Source of the DNA: Candidatus Zixiibacteriota bacterium
Lineage (GTDB): Bacteria > RBG-13-66-14 > B26-G2 > WVWN01
NCBI GenBank assembly: GCA_050117845.1
Contig: JASFLY010000005.1
Location: forward strand, 1 to 64,000
Length of the DNA stretch: 64,000 nt
Direction: 5' to 3'
The notes under the pieces were generated by a model, which saw only the letters and a list, made by a program, of their open reading frames with translations, was not told the origin of the DNA and did not search any database. Made by a program: the position numbers and the translations under genes. How positions within the stretch are numbered: the first letter of the stretch is position 1; the number at the start of each line of letters is the position of its first letter. This document shows positions 58,529-64,000 of the stretch, piece by piece.

Positions 58529-59167
58529 ATGAATAAAATCGGAGCACTGGTTGTAGCATCGGCCTTGCTGGCGTGCGCGATTTCGGCCTCGGCCGAATAC
58601 GTCGTCGTCGGCAAGCGTACGTACATGCATAGCTTCCCCTTCTTCGGGTGTTGAAACACGCACACCGTCAGGAGCCAGGATCTGGTTCTGAAAGAGGAAG
58701 GCCTGATGGCCGGCACCGTAATGCGTTGGGAATGGTACGCCAGCTCGATAGTGTTGAAAGGCTACCTGGACGATTTCAAGCTCACGGTATGCCAGACGGG
58801 TAAGGACAAGCTCGTCGCGGACTTCGAGGCCAATTACGACGGCCGTACGCCTCGTAAGGTATACGAATGCGACTCCCAGTACACCGGGGGCGCCGTCGCC
58901 TATACCTGGTGGGGTTTCGACTTCGATCCGCCGTTTCAATACGACGGCGACGATAATCTGATAATCGAGGTCTTTTGGTTGGAACGGTCGGGCGAACCCG
59001 GCGTCGTAACCTACTGGACGCCGCTCGAAGGGCGTTGCTGTATGTACGCCGGCCCGGTTCCTTGCGACCCGGCGATATTCGATTATCTCCATTTTATGAG
59101 GATAACGATCTCGCCGACCGCGGTAGCGCCGACGTCGATAGGACGCGTTAAGGCTCTTTACCGTTAA
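58529..59167 (+). CDS. Secreted family B protein 4, candidate selenoprotein (FPFFGC-U-NTH), 212 aa
   Basis: AAGGAGG RBS; TGA 58652-58654; hairpin 58670-58690; promoter TTGACA-N17-TACCAT at 58472. Confidence 0.85.
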
Positions 59168-59177
59168 CGGGGGAAAC

Positions 59178-59846
59178 GTGGCCATGCGGAATAGGAACGT
59201 GCGAGCTTTACTATTAATAATGTTATTCGCGGCCGCGGCCGCCGGCGCCGAAGAGTTCCTTATCGGCGACGAGGCCGAGCGCTGTTACGAACCGTATTAC
59301 GGGGGCGGCGGGTACGAAGCCGTGCGGCTCATGGAGGTCATCCGCGTGACCGACGGCCTGGTCGCCGGCGAAATAACCCGTTGGGAATGGTTCGGCGCGG
59401 AATTGGATGATCCGACGGGCGAGTTCGACAACTTTCGCGTTCGCCTTTGCCACACGTCCCGCGCCGAACTAACCCCCCCCTACAACGCTAATTTCGAAGG
59501 GCGGACGCCGACGGTGGTGTACAGCGCCAACCCCGTTACGGTGAAGATGCCGGTCCGCAAATGGTTCGGCTTCGACCTGGATCCGACCTTCCACTACAAC
59601 GGAACCAACAACCTTATCGTCGAGGTGTGGTGGGAGGGCGACGATAACGGCGGCGGCCGCGTCTTCGCGGCGTACGTCGTGGAGCAACTGCGCTGCCTTA
59701 TATCCTCGATAAAAAACGGCGTTCCCCAGGACGGGTACCCCGACGAGGGTTCGCAGTTCTATTGGCTCCACTATATGCGCGTGACGCTGTCGCCGGACGC
59801 CGTGGCGCCGACGTCGATAGGGCGCGTAAAGGCGATGTATCGTTAA
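59178..59846 (+). CDS. Secreted family B protein 5 (no TGA; PYYGGG at the aligned site)
   Basis: Uninterrupted paralog spanning signal peptide to C-terminal motif. Confidence 0.85.
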   Translation: MAMRNRNVRALLLIMLFAAAAAGAEEFLIGDEAERCYEPYYGGGGYEAVRLMEVIRVTDGLVAGEITRWEWFGAELDDPTGEFDNFRVRLCHTSRAELTPPYNANFEGRTPTVVYSANPVTVKMPVRKWFGFDLDPTFHYNGTNNLIVEVWWEGDDNGGGRVFAAYVVEQLRCLISSIKNGVPQDGYPDEGSQFYWLHYMRVTLSPDAVAPTSIGRVKAMYR

Positions 59847-60027
59847 ACGAGCCGGGGCGTCGCCGATACGATTTGACTTAAGTGGTTTTTTTTTCTAAAA
59901 TTAGGGTAGGGAATAGTACAAAGAACGTAAACTTTCACCGCGCCGGCTCGGCCCCGTTCAACCGGCTTTGCGCCGGGTGACCCCGGCCCGTCGTTCGCGG
60001 GCCGTTTGCGAGCGGAGAGGTGGTTTT

Positions 60028-60678
60028 ATGAAGCGCGCCTTGGTAATCGCCGTCCTGGCAATTCTCGCGGCGGGCGCCGCGGCCGAAACGACGTTCATCG
60101 TCGGCGGCAAAAGTATAGTTAACGAAACGCCGTTCTTCGGGCGGTCGGGACTGGACGCCGTTCGGTGGCAACAACTCGTCGTCCCGAGCGACGGCGTGGC
60201 CGAGGGCGACTTGCGCCGTTGGGAATGGCACTCCAGCGGCGGCGGAACGCCCGGTGACTTCCAGCAATTCAAGGTCCAGTTCCTCGAGGTGGACCGCTCC
60301 GGCCTAACCCTTCCCTTCAATAGCAATTACGAAAATCAAACGCCGGTGGTAATCGCGTCCGGCGACCCCTTCGTCCTCGACGCCCCCGACGCCGGTTGGT
60401 TCGGCTTCGACATCACGCCCTCCTTCAATTATACCGGCCGGAGCCTCCTGGTCGAGGTCTGGTGGTCCGGCGATAGCGAGGGCGGTACCCAGTGCTACTC
60501 CAAGAACGCGACGCGCGAAAGCCGTTGCGTCTATGCGTGTATCCGCAACAGCGTGAACGTTAACGGTTATCCCAACCAGGGGAAAATATACAACTGGCTG
60601 CACTATATGCGCTTCACGGTTTCCCCCATAGCCGTGGAGCCGACGTCTCTGGGCCGCGTCCGGGCGCTCTACCGTTAG
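60028..60678 (+). CDS. Secreted family B protein 6 (no TGA; PFFGRS at the aligned site)
   Basis: Uninterrupted paralog; GAGG RBS; promoter TTGACT-N17-TAAAAT at 59873. Confidence 0.85.
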   Translation: MKRALVIAVLAILAAGAAAETTFIVGGKSIVNETPFFGRSGLDAVRWQQLVVPSDGVAEGDLRRWEWHSSGGGTPGDFQQFKVQFLEVDRSGLTLPFNSNYENQTPVVIASGDPFVLDAPDAGWFGFDITPSFNYTGRSLLVEVWWSGDSEGGTQCYSKNATRESRCVYACIRNSVNVNGYPNQGKIYNWLHYMRFTVSPIAVEPTSLGRVRALYR

Positions 60679-60711
60679 AGGCCGGGCCCGAGGACGAGGA
60701 GGGAACTGGTG

Positions 60712-61380
60712 ATGGTTTTTAAACACGCCCGGCGGCTCGTCGCCGTCGTTTTGGGGATGGCGGCCGCGCTTTACGCCGGGGAATATATCGTCGGCGTGGA
60801 CACCGGCAATTTTGCCCACCCCTTCTCCGGTTGCTGAAGCTGGGATGCCGACCGGGACCAGAATTTGGTCCTGCAAAGTGACGGCCTCCCGGCCGGAACC
60901 GTGACCCGGTGGGAATGGCGCACCGGCGCTTCGAAGACCTTCCTCGCCGGGTATTTCGACAATTTCAGGTTAACTCTCTGCCATACCGGCTTGGGCTCCC
61001 TGACAAACAGCTACGCCGGCAACTACGACGGCCGCACCCCCGTGAACGTGTTCGAACGGAGCCGCCTCACCGTGAGTCAGGTGGCGCCCGAGACCTGGCT
61101 TCCCTTCGACTTCGACACGCCGTTCGATTACAACGGCACGGATAATCTCATCGTCGAGGTATGGTGGGAGGGCGATAACGGCGCCGGCGGCTCGGCCCGT
61201 TACGGCAACGCCGGCGGCGGCCCCCGCCAACTCTATTCCGGCATATTGAACGGCGTCCCGTACGGCGGGTATCCTGATAACGGCTACACGTCGGCGTACA
61301 TGCATTACATGCGGATAACGATGTCCGCCGCGGCGGTAAACTCGTCGTCGCTCGGCCGGATACGGGCCTTATATCGTTAG
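60712..61380 (+). CDS. Secreted family B protein 7, candidate selenoprotein (HPFSGC-U-SWD), 222 aa
   Basis: GGAGG RBS; signal peptide; TGA 60835-60837; hairpin 60853-60873. Confidence 0.85.
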
Positions 61381-61399
61381 GAGAGGAATCGGATCGGTA

Positions 61400-61425
61400 A
61401 GCCGGCCGCGAGGCCGGCTTTTTTT
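61400..61425 (+). terminator. Intrinsic terminator
   Basis: AGCCGGCC-GCGA-GGCCGGCT followed by T-run. Confidence 0.85.
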
Positions 61426-61542
61426 ATGGCTTACGAAACCCGGGGAGAAAAGCGTTGCGTTCCCGGAGTAAAACGGTTATAATCCCCGGAATCAAACGAA
61501 TACTCATCCGGAATTGATAAAAGAAAACATCCCGGAGGACAA

Positions 61543-62172
61543 ATGCGAAATACTGTGTTTCTAACGCTCGCCATTATGGTGGCCGCGACGTCGGCCTTCG
61601 CCGGCGTGAAGATAGCCGGTTTTAAGAATACGACCATAGACGAGCCGTTCTGTTCGGGTTGAGGGACGTCCTATCGGGTCCAGGTCTTGGTCCTGAAAAA
61701 GCAGCTTGGCTTCACGGCCCCCATTACGCGCATCGAATACCACTCCGCCGGCGTTTATTCCAACGTCGAATTCCACGACCTCGAACTCAGGATGTGCCAC
61801 ACGTCGTTCGAGGAGCTTACCGCCAACTTCAGCGACAATTACGATAACAACACGCCCGTGCTGGTCGCGACCGCCGACCCGTTCGTCGTCAACGTCAAAC
61901 TCGATGATTGGTTCGGGTTCGACCTGTCGCCCCAGTTCGAATACAACGGAACCGGCAATCTCATATTAGAGATCCGGTGGCAAAACCAGGCGATGGGCGA
62001 CAAAGCGAATACGTGGGCGTACGATACCGGCGTGGGGCGGATGCTCAAGACGCGCGAGTACAACGGCGCGACCGGCGGCCTCGTTCCCACCGTCAACCAG
62101 TTCCGCTTAACGTACAGCAACCCGGCGGTGGCGCCGACCTCTCTCGGCCGCGTCCGGGCGTTGTACCGTTAA
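61543..62172 (+). CDS. Secreted family B protein 8, candidate selenoprotein with CxxU (EPFCSG-U-GTS), 209 aa
   Basis: GGAGG RBS; signal peptide; TGA 61660-61662; hairpin 61675-61695. Confidence 0.85.
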
Positions 62173-62436
62173 ACCGATAATCGTACAAATTAGCAAAGGC
62201 GGGCCCCCTGGCCCGCCGCTTTTTCTATCAACGGGACCGATATTCGCGTCGGTCGGACGATGAGGTCGCCGGGTAGTAATAACTGACGCATGAGGGGTGG
62301 CACCGGCATTCCTGCCGGTGGTATTACGTTAACACCTGACGGCGCGTTTTGAAAAGTGCGTCCTTAGTCGTACCCCACCGGGGCCGATTCCGTGAAAACG
62401 CTTGACCCAAAACCTTCAATATTATAGTATACGCTC

Positions 62437-63216
62437 ATTAGCAAGCGACGCCGCATCCTGGTTACGAACGACGACGGCGTCCGGGCCCCGGGGATCATGG
62501 CCCTGGCTCGGGCGCTCGACGTATGCGGCGACGTGGTCGTGGTCGCGCCCGACCGGGAACGGTCGGCCGTGGGGCACGCCGTGACGATGACCCAACCCCT
62601 GCGGGCCTGGAACGAGAAATGGCCCGACGGCCGGGAGGTCTTCGCGGTCGACGGGACGCCGGCCGACTGCGTCAAGATAGCGGTCAAGGCCCTGCTCGAA
62701 GCCCCGCCGGACGCGGTGGTATCGGGTATAAACCTGGGTGGCAACGCCGGCGTAAACGTGATATACTCCGGGACCGTTTCGGCGGCCACCGAGGCGACCA
62801 TCCTCGGGATACCGGCGGCGGCGGTGTCGCTCGACAGCTTCGTCGACAAGAACTTCGAAGTGGCGGGCCGGGTGGCCGCGTGGGTGGCGACCCGTATCCT
62901 GGACGAGGGTTTGCCCCCCGGCGTCCTGCTAAACGTCAACGTCCCGGCGACCGGCGGGGAAGAACCCGCCGGCGTACGGGTGACCCGGCAGAGCGGCGCC
63001 GTTATGGAGGACCGCTACGACGAGCGGTTGGATCCCCGCGGGCGGCGTTACTTCTGGCTCGCCGCGGAGCGCCTCGGCGTTCCGGACCCGAAAGATGACG
63101 ATGACATGACGGCCCTGCGCGAAGGGTACGTCTCCATTACGCCTATACATTACGACCTCACCGACGAGGAGGCCCGGCGCCGTATTGCCGGGTGGGTTGA
63201 CGAGGCCGCGTTCTAA
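62437..63216 (+). CDS. surE: 5'/3'-nucleotidase SurE (N-terminus extends upstream of tracked ATG; apparent ATT start)
   Basis: RILVTNDDG in frame upstream of 62497; GTPADCV, SGINLGGN and YSGTV motifs. Confidence 0.93.
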   Translation: MSKRRRILVTNDDGVRAPGIMALARALDVCGDVVVVAPDRERSAVGHAVTMTQPLRAWNEKWPDGREVFAVDGTPADCVKIAVKALLEAPPDAVVSGINLGGNAGVNVIYSGTVSAATEATILGIPAAAVSLDSFVDKNFEVAGRVAAWVATRILDEGLPPGVLLNVNVPATGGEEPAGVRVTRQSGAVMEDRYDERLDPRGRRYFWLAAERLGVPDPKDDDDMTALREGYVSITPIHYDLTDEEARRRIAGWVDEAAF

Positions 63217-63249
63217 TTATTCGCCGCGATTCAGGAGGCCACAGCGGTT

Positions 63250-64000
63250 ATGCGGTTATTCGAAAATTCGAAATTCAATTTCATCGGCCTGGGGCGGCCC
63301 GCCCTCATCTTGTCGGCCGTCCTGATGGCGGCCAGCCTCGTACTGATATTCGCTAAGGGCCCCAATTTCGGCATCGACTTCACAGGCGGCGTCAGAATAG
63401 ACGTTCTCACCAACCGCCGCGTTACGGTCTCCGACCTCGAGAAGATACGCGGCGCCGTGCCGGTCGAGATTCATTCCGTAGGCCGTGACGAGCGCGAGAT
63501 GCTCATCTCGCAAAAGGGCCTCGAGAAGGCGGAGGTCTACGCCGACGCCATCGTCGAAGGCCGCCGCAAGGCCGGCAAGTTCACGAGCCTCGCCGAAGTC
63601 GCCGCCCTCCCGGGCGTCGACCTTACAGAGGACGACCTGGCCCGGGTCTTCGCCGTAACCGCCGCCGAGACCGAGGGCTCCAAGGGCTCCCTGCGCATCA
63701 ACATCAATAAAGCGGCGCCGGACAACATCCGCGAGCGCGTCCAGCAGATAATCGTCGACAACACCGTCGCGAATATAAGCCGTGTACTCGGCGAAATCTT
63801 CGGCGTACCGAAGGACGCCGCCGGCAAACTCGACATCAATACCATCGAGGACCGCGAACTCCTAGAAGAGACGCTCGCCGAACATATGTCCGGCCGGGAC
63901 GCCGCGGCCATTGCCCGCAACGTCGCCCGTGAACGCAACCTCGGCGCTTCGACCGAGGCTACTATTCTCCTTCCGTCGCTCGACGCCGCCACCGAGGGCT
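63250..64000 (+). CDS. secF: Protein translocase subunit SecF (runs off window) with a large periplasmic insertion
   Basis: GGAGG RBS; MRLFENSKFNFIG...TM...GPNFGIDFTGG; not in ORF track because no stop occurs in window. Confidence 0.85.
   Translation, partial: MRLFENSKFNFIGLGRPALILSAVLMAASLVLIFAKGPNFGIDFTGGVRIDVLTNRRVTVSDLEKIRGAVPVEIHSVGRDEREMLISQKGLEKAEVYADAIVEGRRKAGKFTSLAEVAALPGVDLTEDDLARVFAVTAAETEGSKGSLRININKAAPDNIRERVQQIIVDNTVANISRVLGEIFGVPKDAAGKLDINTIEDRELLEETLAEHMSGRDAAAIARNVARERNLGASTEATILLPSLDAATEG

Noticed and set aside
56194..62172. Array genes as pseudogenes
   Set aside because: Each has only one lesion, always TGA, at one aligned Cys-linked column. Promoters, RBSs, signal peptides, hairpins and C-termini are intact.
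1..64000. tRNA-Sec, selA/selB/selD, rRNA or tRNA genes
   Set aside because: None recognised by eye in this window. A tRNAscan-SE or Infernal run would be needed to exclude them formally.

Overview
High-GC window from a probably diderm, anaerobic bacterium. It carries outer-membrane barrel genes, a T9SS-like C-terminal domain, a double-cubane reductase and a NikR-ECF nickel uptake operon. The lineage cannot be fixed from sequence alone. Housekeeping genes include mgsA, argF, rlmN, hslV, xerC, priA, rpoZ, surE and secF. The main signal is an apparently coherent selenium system that the ORF track hides. (1) A tandem array of 8 paralogous secreted proteins lies at 56.2-62.2 kb. Six of them have an in-frame TGA at the same aligned position (PFxGC-U five times, PFCSG-U once), each followed by a co-varying SECIS-like hairpin that is lost in the two TGA-free paralogs. 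(2) An unrelated secreted protein at 26.1 kb also has an in-frame TGA plus hairpin. (3) Two homologous 5' leaders, 45 kb apart, each encode a short H-A-x-x-K-T-[TGA]-C peptide with conserved hairpins and alternative or terminator structures. One precedes a porin-yedE-tusA-desulfurase-DUF3343 selenium/sulfur operon and the other precedes the double-cubane reductase/activase pair, which suggests a Sec/Cys-sensing attenuator. Thirteen secreted proteins also share a C-terminal motif, AVxPxSLG(R/K)(V/I)(K/R)A(L/M/I)(Y/F)x, that looks like a sorting signal. No selA, selB, selC or selD was seen in this window, so Sec decoding is inferred.
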